Below, one piece after another: positions 50,595 through 61,800 of a stretch of DNA of 64,000 nucleotides (positions are counted from its first letter, which is position 1; each line of letters opens with the position of its first letter). This DNA comes from Acidobacteriota bacterium. GTDB taxonomy: Bacteria; Acidobacteriota; UBA6911. Made by a program: the position numbers and the translations under genes. Location: the NCBI GenBank assembly GCA_963664705.1, contig OY761556.1:3168001-3232000 (forward strand), given 5' to 3'. The notes under the pieces are model-generated. The model saw only the letters and a list, made by a program, of their open reading frames with translations. It made no database searches and was not told the origin of the DNA.

Positions 50595-52019
50595 GTGAAC
50601 ATGACGAAAGCTCAGATGTCTGCTCCCATTCCGGTTCACGCGTTGATTTCAGTGCTGTTGTTGACGATCTGCTTCACATCTCTTTTGCAGGCGCAGGATG
50701 ATTACAGGATCACGGTCAACGCGGCGATGGTTTCCACCGATGTAACCATTATCGGCACGCCTGCCTCCTCCCTTAGGCCGGAAGACTTTATCGTTTATGA
50801 TAATGAGGTCCAACAGCCCATCAGCCACTTTTCCCGGGACCAGATTCCACTGGCGATCGCCATCGTCGTTGACAGAAGTCTGACGGTGCAACCCTATATG
50901 CCGATGCTGCAGATGGCCGCCATATCTTCGCTGCGTCGCCTGAAGCCCGAGGACCAGGTGGCCCTGTTTGCCTTCGATTACAATGTACAGAAACTCGCGG
51001 ATCTTACGGAGGACCGATCCCTTATCGCGGAGAAGATCGGAAAGATACAGAATCAGCTTGGCACCAATATTTACGATGCCATTTGCGATTCGGCGCATTA
51101 CCTGAAGAAGAAGGCGCCGCAATATCGTCGGGCTCTGATTTTGATTTCAGACAACATACTTTATGGGAATAAAAGGCCCAAAGAAGCCCGGCAGGAACTG
51201 CTGGAAGCGGCGACCGCTCTCTACAACATCAAAACACCGCCGATCTTTGGCTTTGGAATCGAAGGGGAAAAGAACAAGAGAAGCCTCGCTGAAACAGACG
51301 CGGAAATCAAGCGCATGATTGAAGAAACCGGCGGCCAGGCTTTCGATATGAAATCCGGGATCTCCATCCAGTCTGCTCTGGATAAGGTCATCAACGATTT
51401 GCGGACACAGTATACGATCGGATTCAACCCATCCAATCCAGGAGCAAGTGGCAGTTTCCACCGGTTGGCCGTGAAACTCGCCGTTCCGGAACGATGTCCC
51501 GGTTGCCAACTGCTTACACGCAGCGGTTATCTCTCTGGCGTATCCGCACCCTTGCCTTCCGCGAGGTCTAATCCAAAGCCGCTGCAAGCGGGAGAACAAA
51601 AGCCGGAGAAATCGCTGATTGAGCGGAATATGCTCATTGCGGCAAATTCCAGCCTCGAATTGAAAGATATTCCATTTACGGTAAAGGTTGGTGAACAGCA
51701 GGACTCGAAAGAACAGCCGCAGATCAAGGTAGATCTGCAGATTGATTTCAGAAGAGTTGAATTCAAGCATAACGGTAATACGCACGACTGTAAGCTGCGC
51801 ATTGCCGCCTTCTATGTCGACTCGAAGGGAAAGCTGCTCGGCTCGGATTGGCGGGTCCTTGAAGGACAGTTGAAAGATGAGACCTATAACCAGGCTCTGC
51901 AAGCAGGAGTTTCGTTCTCTTTGACGGTTCCCCTCAAAGAGTCCAAGCAGATCATCAAAGTCGTCGTATACGACGAACTAAGCGACAAAGCGGGAAGTCA
52001 TTTGCTTCGTCTGCCGTGA
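50595..52019 (+). CDS. Exported VWA domain protein with C-terminal extension
   Basis: EDFIVYDNEV.Q, VDRS, GTNIYDAI, ILISD, DLRTQYTIGF. Confidence 0.8.
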   Translation: MNMTKAQMSAPIPVHALISVLLLTICFTSLLQAQDDYRITVNAAMVSTDVTIIGTPASSLRPEDFIVYDNEVQQPISHFSRDQIPLAIAIVVDRSLTVQPYMPMLQMAAISSLRRLKPEDQVALFAFDYNVQKLADLTEDRSLIAEKIGKIQNQLGTNIYDAICDSAHYLKKKAPQYRRALILISDNILYGNKRPKEARQELLEAATALYNIKTPPIFGFGIEGEKNKRSLAETDAEIKRMIEETGGQAFDMKSGISIQSALDKVINDLRTQYTIGFNPSNPGASGSFHRLAVKLAVPERCPGCQLLTRSGYLSGVSAPLPSARSNPKPLQAGEQKPEKSLIERNMLIAANSSLELKDIPFTVKVGEQQDSKEQPQIKVDLQIDFRRVEFKHNGNTHDCKLRIAAFYVDSKGKLLGSDWRVLEGQLKDETYNQALQAGVSFSLTVPLKESKQIIKVVVYDELSDKAGSHLLRLP

Positions 52020-52050
52020 GGGGCTCCACTTTAGGATCTGCAGTATTTTT

Positions 52051-52085
52051 GTGAGACCTGTGACAAGGTCTGCCACAGGTCTCAC
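52051..52085. terminator. Hairpin between convergent genes
   Basis: Perfect 12-bp stem GTGAGACCTGTG / CACAGGTCTCAC. Confidence 0.6.
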
Positions 52086-52099
52086 CAGTCTATTCAAGG

Positions 52100-53500
52100 C
52101 TAATTCGCTTTATAGCCAAAAAAGGCCCGCTCGCTGATCAATTTGGCGACCTCCGGCGGCACAAGCGTCTTCCACCGGGGATCCCCCTCCTGGAGCATTT
52201 TCAGCACATTGCGCGGATAAATTCCCAACAGCGCCTTGTTATAGGAGGTGATCGGTTTGATCAGACCGCTTTCCACCAGATACAAATACAGGTGCTGCAG
52301 TTGGGGGGCCACAATGAGATTTGTTACCGAAACAACGGCTCCATCCGGTTCCAGGGCGGGATATACCAGCATTTTAATGCCGATTTTGAAAAGCTTTCCA
52401 AACGCTTCAAGAATTCCGCCCTCGAGGTCGGCATAGTATTTCTCTTCAAATACCTGCGCAAGAACGGGCACTCCAAGGATAATGCCAATTCGCCTTATTT
52501 TGAAATTGTGCAGATACATGGCAACGCCATAAAAATGCGCGACATTCGTGATCAGAACCATTTTCCCGAGCTTTTCCAGCAATGTAGCCCGCGCAAGAAA
52601 ATCGGCTGCATCAATGCCGGAATCGCCCATGAGATTGTGAAGGGACATCTCCATCAGGACAATCGGTTCAGCCCCAGGCGGCCCATTTTGAGCAAACTCA
52701 GAGGATCCCTTCTCCAGCATGTCCATCATCGTATTGGTGACTGGCCTGAATCCGCCTCTTAGAATGAGAACATCTTTCCCATAGAGGATCTCTCCGGGCG
52801 AAACAGCAACACCGTCTGCCGTGAACATCGCCGCATCCGACAATCCCTGAACGACAAGCTGCAGGCTCATCAGCCTTGGATCCAGGTGCTCAAAGCACGG
52901 CCCCGCGAAGCTGATCATGTCAATCTCGACCTCTTTCCGGGTCAGATCGTCGACCAGGGAATTCATCAGTTTCTCCGGGTTATCGTTCAGGTAGAAAGCC
53001 GAATACATGAGGTTGACGCCAACAATTCCCAAGGCTTCCTGCTGGCGCGTGCTCTCAAGATCGAGCAGTCGGACATGGATTATGATCTCACTTGGTTGGC
53101 TGCGGGGATGGGACTGGAATCGAATACCTATCCATCCATGCCCTTCCTCAGGCCTGGAGTGGCTGCGAATGGCAACGGTATTGGCAAAAGCGAAAAAGGT
53201 ATTGGTGGCACCACGTTTTTCATCCAGCCGCTCAATCAGAAGGGAGTATTCATGATCCAGCATCGAATTCAAGCGTTCCCGGCTTACATAGTGATCCGCG
53301 GGTCCATATATCGCATCACTTACCGCCATATCGTAGGCGGATATGGTCTTCGCCACTGTGTTGGCGGCACCCCCGACACGAAAGAACCAACGGGCGGTCT
53401 CCTGTCCGGCTCCGATCTCTGCAAGCGTGCCGTGAACAAGCTTATCCAGATTGATTTTGAGCGCCTTGCCATTCGTTGTGTGCTGTTCGTTGAGAGCCAT
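52100..53500 (-). CDS. Conserved protein with putative CinA-like N-domain and nucleotidyltransferase-like C-domain
   Basis: GTLAEIGAGQE..RWFF..GGAA.TVAK..SAYD; LRGGFRPVT resembling the cytidylyltransferase-family GxFxP motif; W..LVPP.VA..I....FGY tail. Confidence 0.6.
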   Translation of the reverse strand: MALNEQHTTNGKALKINLDKLVHGTLAEIGAGQETARWFFRVGGAANTVAKTISAYDMAVSDAIYGPADHYVSRERLNSMLDHEYSLLIERLDEKRGATNTFFAFANTVAIRSHSRPEEGHGWIGIRFQSHPRSQPSEIIIHVRLLDLESTRQQEALGIVGVNLMYSAFYLNDNPEKLMNSLVDDLTRKEVEIDMISFAGPCFEHLDPRLMSLQLVVQGLSDAAMFTADGVAVSPGEILYGKDVLILRGGFRPVTNTMMDMLEKGSSEFAQNGPPGAEPIVLMEMSLHNLMGDSGIDAADFLARATLLEKLGKMVLITNVAHFYGVAMYLHNFKIRRIGIILGVPVLAQVFEEKYYADLEGGILEAFGKLFKIGIKMLVYPALEPDGAVVSVTNLIVAPQLQHLYLYLVESGLIKPITSYNKALLGIYPRNVLKMLQEGDPRWKTLVPPEVAKLISERAFFGYKAN

Positions 53501-53538
53501 AATCTCTCCTTTCGCCCCGATGAAAGGCTCCACACCGT

Positions 53539-54729
53539 TTATTCGGGCAGGTTCTCCTTCATCACCTCGGCCAGTATCCGGATTGCATCATGAATTGTGG
53601 GTTCATCGGACATCGTGTAGTTCAGCCGCATTGTCTCCAAGCCTTCGCCCTGATTTGCAAAGAAGAACTTGCCGGGCACGTACACTACCTTGCACTCAGC
53701 GGCCTTCCAGTAGAGCTTTTCCATGTCCATCCCTTTTCTTCCCGCGACCCAGATGAACATGCCGCCTTCGGGATTGGTCCATCGAAAACCGTCCGGGAAA
53801 TAGGTTTGCAGCGCCTGAAGCATCGCCTCCTGTTTCGGCCGGTAGAGATTGATGATTTTGGGCAGATGTCGGTCCAGATAGCCGCCGGACAGATACTCGC
53901 AGGCCAGCGCCTGGCTGAACGTATTGGTGTGCAGGTCAATCCCCTGCTTCACAATGACCAGCCATTTGCGAATGACCTCCGGCGCCACGCATATGCCAAG
54001 CCTCAATCCGGGCGCCAGCACTTTGGAGAGCGTGGTCGTGAAAATCACATTATCGGGCGCAAACATTGCAATCGGTGGCAGTTCTTCTCCCCGGTATCGC
54101 AGTGCGCTGTAGGGATCGTCTTCCAAAAGAAGCGCGTCATGGCGTCGAATGATTTCCGCAATCTGTTTGCGCCGATGCAACGGAATGCTTCTTCCGGTAG
54201 GATTCTGAAACGTCGGAACCAGGTATGTGAATTTGACACGATTCTTTTTCAGAGCGTCATCAAGGGACTCGGGTATCAAGCCATCATCGTCCGTGGCAAG
54301 ACAGACATAATTCGGCTCATAGGGATTGAATGCCTGCAAAGCGCCAAGATAGGTCGGAGACTCCACTGCGACCTTATCCCCCGGAGAAATCAAAACCCGT
54401 CCCACTGAATCCAATACCCCCTGTGAGCCGCTGGCAACCAGTATCTTATCCGCCGATGTATGGATCTGCTTTTGGGCAAGAAATGGAACAAGCGCTTCAA
54501 CAAAAGGGATGAATCCTTCCGTTCGATCGTACTGCAGGCTCTGGGCACCGTACTTGGAGAATACTCTAGAAACCAGCTCTTCCATTATTTCCAATGGAAA
54601 ACTTGCCGGAGCCGGAATGCCTCCTGCAAGCGAAACCATACCCGGCTGCGACACTACCTTGAGGATCTCCCGAATAGCGCTCGCTCGCATTCGTTCAGTC
54701 CGCTCTGCTAGAAGCTCTTCAAATCCCAT
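53539..54729 (-). CDS. PLP-dependent class I aminotransferase (LysN/aromatic-type)
   Basis: ISLAGG-like VSLAGGIP, PTFQNPTG, EDDPY, SKVLAPGLRLG, GGMFIW. Confidence 0.9.
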   Translation of the reverse strand: MGFEELLAERTERMRASAIREILKVVSQPGMVSLAGGIPAPASFPLEIMEELVSRVFSKYGAQSLQYDRTEGFIPFVEALVPFLAQKQIHTSADKILVASGSQGVLDSVGRVLISPGDKVAVESPTYLGALQAFNPYEPNYVCLATDDDGLIPESLDDALKKNRVKFTYLVPTFQNPTGRSIPLHRRKQIAEIIRRHDALLLEDDPYSALRYRGEELPPIAMFAPDNVIFTTTLSKVLAPGLRLGICVAPEVIRKWLVIVKQGIDLHTNTFSQALACEYLSGGYLDRHLPKIINLYRPKQEAMLQALQTYFPDGFRWTNPEGGMFIWVAGRKGMDMEKLYWKAAECKVVYVPGKFFFANQGEGLETMRLNYTMSDEPTIHDAIRILAEVMKENLPE

Positions 54730-55037
54730 GCCTTTGCTCTTCCTTCATTAAGCCAGATTATATCTCAACGCATTGATCCGTTGGCCTGAGGGGATGTGGA
54801 TGTGGCTACGCTGCTGGTTATATTTGGTAAGCCCGGAAGCAACGATACTTTCAACTGAGCAACAATCCCATGCTCCTTTAGAGTCAACAGTTTAGCAAAT
54901 GCATCCGGAAATGGGGCTGATTTATTTCAATTTTCTGCCCGCCAAGACACTTTCGCCCCGATTGTGAGTGCGAATTTCACGCCATCCGGCTATCGGTTGG
55001 GTACAATAAGCCTCAGACTTGTATTCGGGAGATAGGA

Positions 55038-56129
55038 ATGATGACGAAAGAACAATCGAAAGCGCACCTGTTTGCTCCGCTCACAATCAAAAGCGTTACC
55101 CTTAAGAATCGCATCGGAGTATCGCCGATGTGCCAGTACAGCTGCGAGGATGGGATGCTCAACGACTGGCACCTGGTACATCTTGGATCCCGTGCGGTAG
55201 GCGGAGCCGGTTTGATCATCATTGAAGCGACCGGCGTTGAACCGCGCGGACGCATTTCGCCCTGGGATGCGGGGCTGTGGTCGGATCAGCAGGTCGAACC
55301 GATTGCGCGAATCAGCCGTTTCCTGAAACAGTATGGCGCGATGCCGGGCATCCAGTTGGCACATGCAGGGCGAAAGGCAAGCACTGCACGGCCCTGGGAA
55401 GGCGGTCATTCGCTCTCGAATGAACAAGGCGGATGGGAAACCATCGGTCCCAGTGCACTTGCTTTCGGTCAGGAAATTTCCCGCGTGCCACGCGAGATGA
55501 CGATCGGGGACCTGCGCACGGTTAAGGAGTCTTTTCGGGCTGCCGCGATGCGAGCGCTGGAAGCCGGATGCGAATGGCTGGAACTTCATGCCGCCCACGG
55601 CTACCTTCTTCACGAATTCTATTCGCCGCTATCCAACAAGCGCCAGGACGAATACGGCGGCACTTTTGAAAACAGGATCCGCCTCACTATCGAAACGGCA
55701 AGAGTGATTCGCGGAGTATGGCCCGACAGGCTGCCCTTCACCGTCCGCATTTCCTGCACCGATTGGGTTGATGGGGGTTGGACAATTGAAGAATCCGTAG
55801 AGCTTTCCAGGAGGCTTAAAACGGAGGGAGTCGACCTGATTGACTGCAGTTCCGCGTTCAACACTCCGGATTATGCCGCGATTCCATTTGGCGCAGGCTT
55901 CCAGGTACCCTTTTCCGAGCGGATTCGGCGGGAAGCAGAGATCCTGACCGCGACGGTCGGATACATTACGAACGCCATGCAGGCCGATGGCATTGTCCGC
56001 AATGGACGCGCGGATGTTGTACTCATGGCGCGGGAGATGCTTCGAAATCCTTACTGGGCTTTCACTGCGGCAGACATCCTGCGCCACAAGAAAGAGCCGC
56101 CGTCTCAATATGCGCGGGCAATTGATTAG
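55038..56129 (+). CDS. NADH:flavin oxidoreductase, Old Yellow Enzyme YqjM/NamA-like
   Basis: SPMCQYS, QLAHAGRKAS, HAAHGYL, NKRQDEYGG, REMLRNPYW, QYARA. Confidence 0.92.
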   Translation: MMTKEQSKAHLFAPLTIKSVTLKNRIGVSPMCQYSCEDGMLNDWHLVHLGSRAVGGAGLIIIEATGVEPRGRISPWDAGLWSDQQVEPIARISRFLKQYGAMPGIQLAHAGRKASTARPWEGGHSLSNEQGGWETIGPSALAFGQEISRVPREMTIGDLRTVKESFRAAAMRALEAGCEWLELHAAHGYLLHEFYSPLSNKRQDEYGGTFENRIRLTIETARVIRGVWPDRLPFTVRISCTDWVDGGWTIEESVELSRRLKTEGVDLIDCSSAFNTPDYAAIPFGAGFQVPFSERIRREAEILTATVGYITNAMQADGIVRNGRADVVLMAREMLRNPYWAFTAADILRHKKEPPSQYARAID

Positions 56130-56158
56130 GTTGCCAGGAAAAGGCCGCGTCCGGGAAC

Positions 56159-57226
56159 CTAGTTTCTGCACTTGGCCAGAACAAGGCCCGCAATGTCATT
56201 GAGCGGGAGGACGGTACATGCGGCCCCGCGTTTGATGGCTTCCTGCGGCATGCCAAACACGACACAGCTGGCCTCATCCTGGGCGATGGTAAAGGCTCCG
56301 GCCTCCCTGAGTTCCTTGAGCCCTTGAGCCCCGTCGTCCCCCATTCCGGTCATCAGCGCTGCGACCGCGTTCTTGCCACAATAGCGCGCCGCCGATCTGA
56401 AGAGAACATCCACCGACGGCCGGTGTCTCGAAACAAGGGGACCGTCCTTGACTTCCACATGATATCGCGCGCCGCTGCGCTTGAGCAGCGTATGTCGATT
56501 CCCGGGAGCAATCAGAACGCGGCCTGGCAATACAGTGTCGTTATCCTCTGCCTCTTTGATCGACATTGCACAAAGCTGATCCAGGCGACGAGCAAATGAA
56601 GCGGTAAAATGCTCCGGCATATGCTGAACAATCACGATGCCCGGCGCATCCGCAGGCATTGCGGTCAGGAATACCTGGATTGCCTCCGTTCCACCGGTGG
56701 AGGCCCCCACTACAACAACCTTTTCGGTTGTCTCGATCATTGCCTTCGATGCCGGCTTGGCAATCATTGCATCCGCGGTCAGTTTCGGTTCGACCTTCGT
56801 TGTCTTTGCGAACCGTCGCGGTTTCGCCTGGGCGGCGGCGCGGATTGCATCACAAATACGTATTCGCGATTCCTGCAAAAAGGACTTGGTATCAATGCGT
56901 GGCTTCGTGATGATCTCGACGGCACCAAGTTCCAGCGCCCTCATCGCCGTTTCGGATCCCCCATCAACGAGGCTGGAGCACATCACGACAGGGATGGGGT
57001 GCTGGCTCATGATCTTCTGGAGGAACGACAGCCCATCCATTCGAGGCATTTCGACATCAAGCGTGATGACATCAGGAACTTCCTCACGCATCTTCTCAGC
57101 CGCCAGATACGGATCCGCTGCCGTTGCCATGACTTCTATATCAGGCTCCCCGTTCAGTATTTCCAACATTGTCTGTCGGACGACCGCGGAATCATCGACC
57201 ACAAGAACCCTGATTTTCTCTTTCAT
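56159..57226 (-). CDS. cheB: Chemotaxis methylesterase with receiver domain
   Basis: [38 protein letters not shown]. Confidence 0.97.
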   Translation of the reverse strand: MKEKIRVLVVDDSAVVRQTMLEILNGEPDIEVMATAADPYLAAEKMREEVPDVITLDVEMPRMDGLSFLQKIMSQHPIPVVMCSSLVDGGSETAMRALELGAVEIITKPRIDTKSFLQESRIRICDAIRAAAQAKPRRFAKTTKVEPKLTADAMIAKPASKAMIETTEKVVVVGASTGGTEAIQVFLTAMPADAPGIVIVQHMPEHFTASFARRLDQLCAMSIKEAEDNDTVLPGRVLIAPGNRHTLLKRSGARYHVEVKDGPLVSRHRPSVDVLFRSAARYCGKNAVAALMTGMGDDGAQGLKELREAGAFTIAQDEASCVVFGMPQEAIKRGAACTVLPLNDIAGLVLAKCRN

Positions 57227-57235
57227 TCGGCTTCC

Positions 57236-58072
57236 CTAATACGGCATTTGATAAATGCTGGCGGAGACATATCGGACCGGAACATTCATATTGGCCAGTG
57301 TTTCTGAATGCCCCATAAACAAATAGCCCCCCGGAACGAGGTGCCGGCAAATCCTGTTGACAATTCTCTCCTGAGTCGGACGGTCAAAATAGATGATCAT
57401 ATTCCGGCAAAAAGCGACATCCATGGATTCGTCAATACCATAATCGGAATCCATCATGTTTAGCTGTCTGAATTGCACCTTTTCGCGCAACTCTGGAACG
57501 ATTCGGACCAGTTGTTTCGATGGATCCTTGCTTTTCAGCAGATATCGCTTCCGCATTGCCATCGAGACCGGTTCAACGCGCTCAATGTCATAAATTGCAT
57601 CCTGGGCAATCCGAAGGACGCGCGACGAAATATCCGTGGCCAGGATTGAAAAATGGCTGCAGGCCCGCCTTTCCACTGCGTCTGCAAGCACCATCGCGAG
57701 AGTATAGGGTTCTTCGCCTGTTGAACTCGCCGCGCTCCACGCACGAAAAGGTCTTGTAAGGCCGGCCCCATTGAGCTCCTGGAGTTCTCCCAACGCCCTG
57801 TTCCGGAGGAAGTCAAAGTGCCAGGGCTCACGAAAAAAGTCCGTCTTGTTGGTAGTAACGACATCGATGAGCGGCTGAATTTCCGCTTGGAGCCCCTGCG
57901 CACTGAAAAGATATTCACAATAACTGCGAAAGCCGTTGCAGTCCAGGCTAGCGATACGCTTCCGGATTCGACCTTCAAGCAGGTTCTTTTTTTCCCTCGT
58001 CATCTGAATGCCGCATTTCTCGTGGATGAGGCGGCAGACACGGAGGAAGTCCTTGTCGCTCATGCCCTGCAT
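57236..58072 (-). CDS. cheR: Chemotaxis methyltransferase
   Basis: TTNKTDFFRE..HF, WSAASSTGEEPY, ATDIS, FCRNMIIYFD, GHSE. Confidence 0.96.
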   Translation of the reverse strand: MQGMSDKDFLRVCRLIHEKCGIQMTREKKNLLEGRIRKRIASLDCNGFRSYCEYLFSAQGLQAEIQPLIDVVTTNKTDFFREPWHFDFLRNRALGELQELNGAGLTRPFRAWSAASSTGEEPYTLAMVLADAVERRACSHFSILATDISSRVLRIAQDAIYDIERVEPVSMAMRKRYLLKSKDPSKQLVRIVPELREKVQFRQLNMMDSDYGIDESMDVAFCRNMIIYFDRPTQERIVNRICRHLVPGGYLFMGHSETLANMNVPVRYVSASIYQMPY

Positions 58073-58176
58073 CAGATCACTTCCCGACACAGGATGGGTA
58101 TCACCATCTTGTCTTAGCAAAGGTCGACTCCATACTAACCGGAACTGAGCCGTGCTGCATGCATTGAATAGCGGTA

Positions 58177-58213
58177 CCGGACGGAGCGAAAAGGAGGGCA
58201 ACGCTCCGTCCGG
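58177..58213. other. Intra-operon hairpin between cheW and cheR
   Basis: Perfect 12-bp stem CCGGACGGAGCG / CGCTCCGTCCGG, no U-tract. Confidence 0.5.
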
Positions 58214-58266
58214 CGCGCATAAGAATAAGTGGCGGACCCCAGCTTGTCCGGGATCCCCCGTGAGGA

Positions 58267-58821
58267 CTACATGGCACCAAGCTGCGGACCGGTGCGTTCG
58301 GCAGTCCCCGTAGTGACATCACTCCGCATCTCCGCGGCCCCCTCGGCACCCTGAAAAACAGCTAACTCGTTTGACGAGAAAACCATATCGATGTCGAGAA
58401 TGATGATCAGCTCATTATTGTGTTTACCGATTCCCCGGATAAATTCAGTACGCCAGCGCGTACCGATGCGAGGCGGTGGCTCAATCTGCCCTGGCTCAAG
58501 TTCAAAAACCTCCTGAACGGAATCCACCAGAGCCCCTAAAACCGTGGTGTCCTGGTCCACCGCGATCTCAAGGACAATAATGCAGGTGTCCACCGTCTTT
58601 TCCGTCTGGGACATGCCGAACTTCAAGCGCATGTCCACAACGGGAACAACATTGCCGCGCACATTAATGACGCCGCGCATATATTCAGGAGTGCCGGGAA
58701 CTTTGGTGGCCGGGGTGAAATCAAGTATTTCCCGCACCTTTGCCACATCGACAGCAAAAACTTCCTGATCGAGTTTGAAGGTCAGATACTGCGTTGTTTC
58801 CGTGATCTTGCTGGAAGCCAT
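58267..58821 (-). CDS. cheW: Chemotaxis coupling protein
   Basis: QYLTFKL, VREI, RGVINVRGNVVPVVD, LVDSVQEV; AAAGGAG RBS before ATG 58821. Confidence 0.96.
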   Translation of the reverse strand: MASSKITETTQYLTFKLDQEVFAVDVAKVREILDFTPATKVPGTPEYMRGVINVRGNVVPVVDMRLKFGMSQTEKTVDTCIIVLEIAVDQDTTVLGALVDSVQEVFELEPGQIEPPPRIGTRWRTEFIRGIGKHNNELIIILDIDMVFSSNELAVFQGAEGAAEMRSDVTTGTAERTGPQLGAM

Positions 58822-58837
58822 GGTGATCTCCTTTCGA

Positions 58838-61800
58838 TCAGTACTTTTCAAACTCGGAATCCCGGGCTTCCGATTTGCCTTTGCTATCCGACATTTCCAG
58901 GCTAATCCCAGCGGGCTTTCCAACCGGTTTCGATTTAAGGCCCGCCCCGGATTCCTTGGCGTGAAGGGTGGAGGCCGCCGGTTTGCCACGGCCCGCCGAC
59001 AAAGGTGCCGACGCGTGCTGCGGCTTCACAGCTTTTGTCCTTGCGCCCCCGCCATTTGTGTTTTCAGTCCGGAAGAACGCAACTTCGCTCTGGAGTCGTT
59101 CCGCCTGCGAAGTGAGTTCTCTCGCAGTGGATGCCATCTCTTCAGAGGCACTTGCATTCTGCTGGATAACCTGGTCAAGCTGCTGGATGGCTTTGTTGAT
59201 CTGATCGGCCCCGTTCTTCTGCTCGCCGCTGGCAGCGTTGATTTCCTGAACCAGGCTGGCTGTCTTCTGAATAGCCGGCACGATTTTGGAAAGCATGTCG
59301 CCTGCTCTTTCGGCAACCTGAACACTGGAGGCCGACAGACGGTTGATTTCGCCCGCTGCCTGCTGACTTCGTTCTGCCAGTCTGCGGACTTCGGCGGCTA
59401 CTACGGCAAACCCCTTGCCGTGCTCACCGGCGCGCGCAGCTTCGATTGCAGCGTTCAGAGCCAGCATGTTGGTTTGTCGGGCGATTTCCTCGATGATCGA
59501 AATCTTGTTTGCAATTTCCTTCATGGCTGCCACGGTTTCGGTGACGGCCTGGCCGCCCTCCTTGGCATCCTCTGCAGACTTGATTGCGATCTTCTCCGTT
59601 TGCTGTGCATTATCGGCATTCTGCATGATGTTCGAGGTCATCTGTTCCATAGAGGAAGAGACCTCTTCTGCCGATGCCGCCTGTTCTGTTGCGCCCTGGG
59701 ATACCTGCTCGGAACGGACATTCATATCCTGGCTTCCCATGGCGACCTGATCTGCAACACCCTGCACGTTGGTGACCACCTCTGTCAGTTTGCCCAACAT
59801 ACGTGCCAGAGCCTGCATGAGCTTATCCTGTTCGGACCGGTCCTTGACCGTAACGGTCAACTCACCGCCGGCGATCTCTTCCGCCACGTGAGTAATCTCG
59901 TTCTGGGCATCGATCAGTACATTCAGGTTGTTCTTGATGGTATTAAAATCACCATTGTAATTGTCCGTGATCTTTCCAGGCATATCGCCCTTCGAAATCC
60001 GGTCCACGTAATTGGCTGCGACATTCAACGGCCCGATTACCGCGTCGAGCGTATCATCCACACCCTGGACAATCCTGCGATAATCTCCCTGATGCCGGCC
60101 CGCATCGGCGCGTGTCGCCAGTTTTCCATCGACCGCCGCCTTCGCCAGCATGTCGGCATCGGCTACCAGAGCATTCACCGCATCAATGCACTGGTTGAGG
60201 TTGTTTTTGATTTCGTTGAAATCGCCGTTATATCTGTCGGTGATCTTCGGTGGGATATCGCCTTTGGATATCCGGTCGACATACTCGGCCGCGACATTCA
60301 AAGGACCAATCACCGCGTCGAGGGTATCATTGACACCCTGAACGATCTTGCGGAAATCGCCCTGGTGCTTCGTGGCATCCGCGCGCGTTGCCAGCTTGCC
60401 TTCAACGGCCGCTTTCGACAGCATGCCCGCATCGGCTACCAGAGCATTGACGGCATCAATCGCCTGGTTAAGATTGTTTTTGATTTCGTTGAAATCGCCG
60501 TTATAGCTGTCCGTGATCTTCGGAGGAATATCGCCTTTGGATATCCGGTCAACGTACTCCGCAGCAACATTCAACGGCCCGATCACAGAATCGAGCGTAT
60601 CGTTGACACCCTGAACGATCTTGCGATAGTCACCCTGGTGTTTGCCCGCATCGGCGCGCGTCGCGAGTTTGCCATCAACCGCGGCTTTCGCCAGCACTCC
60701 GGCATCGCCCACCAGCGCATTCACCGCATCAATGCAGTTGTTCAGGTTGGTTTTGATGATATTGTACTGCCCCTTGTAGTTATCCGTGATCTTCGAGGGG
60801 ATATCGCCCTTGGAGATCTTGTCCACATACTGAGCGGTAACCATCAATGGATTCACGATATTGGTGATCGTGTCGTTGACGCCCGATACCAGCTTGTTCC
60901 ATCCACCGACAAACAGTGCGGCATCGGCACGCTTATCCAGTTCTCCATCCGCGGCGGCTTTGATGATTTTGTCGGTTTCCGCCAACAACTCGCTCATCAT
61001 CTTGACCACTGCATTCAAGTTGCTCTTGATGACGTTATACTGGCCTTTGTACGTATCCGTGATTTGGGGCGGGATCACTCCCTTGCTGACCTTGTCTACG
61101 TAATCAGCCGTGACCATCAATGGATTCACGATATTGGTGATGATCTCATTAATGCCTGACACCAACTGTTTCCATCCACCGACAAACAGATCTGCATTTG
61201 CGCGTTTATCCAACGCACCGTCAGCTGCAGCCGTAATGACTTGGGCAGCCTCACCCAGCAGGTTGTTCATGATGTCAATACAGTTGTTCAGGTTGTTTTT
61301 GATTTCGTTAAAGTCACCGTTGTAGTTATCCGTGATCCTCGGCGGAATGTCGCCTTTTGAAATCCGATCGACATACTCGGCGGCCACATTCAGCGGACCG
61401 ATGACGGAATCCAGCGTGTCATTCACGCCCTGAACGATCTTGCGGAAATCCCCCTGGTGCTTAGTGGCATCGGCGCGCGTTGCCAGTTTGCCTTCGACAG
61501 CCGCTTTGGCGAGCATTCCGGCATCGCCGGTCAAGGCATTGACCGCATCAATGGCCTGGTTGAGGTTGTTTTTGATTTCGTTGAAATCGCCATTGTAGTT
61601 GTCCGTGATCTTCGGCGGAATGTCGCCCTTTGAAATCCGGTCGACATACTCGGCCGCCACATTCAGAGGACCAATCACCGCGTCCAGCGTGTCATCGACG
61701 CCCTGGACGATCTTGCGGAAATCTCCCTGATGTTTACTGGCATCGGCTCGTGTTGCCAGTTTGCCTTCGACGGCCGCCTTGGACAACATGCCGGCATCCG

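Noticed and set aside
54851-54880. Minus-strand mini-ORF MGLLLS upstream of the aminotransferase as a Leu leader
   Set aside because: The SD is only 1 nt from the ATG, and I saw no attenuator structure or convincing promoter.
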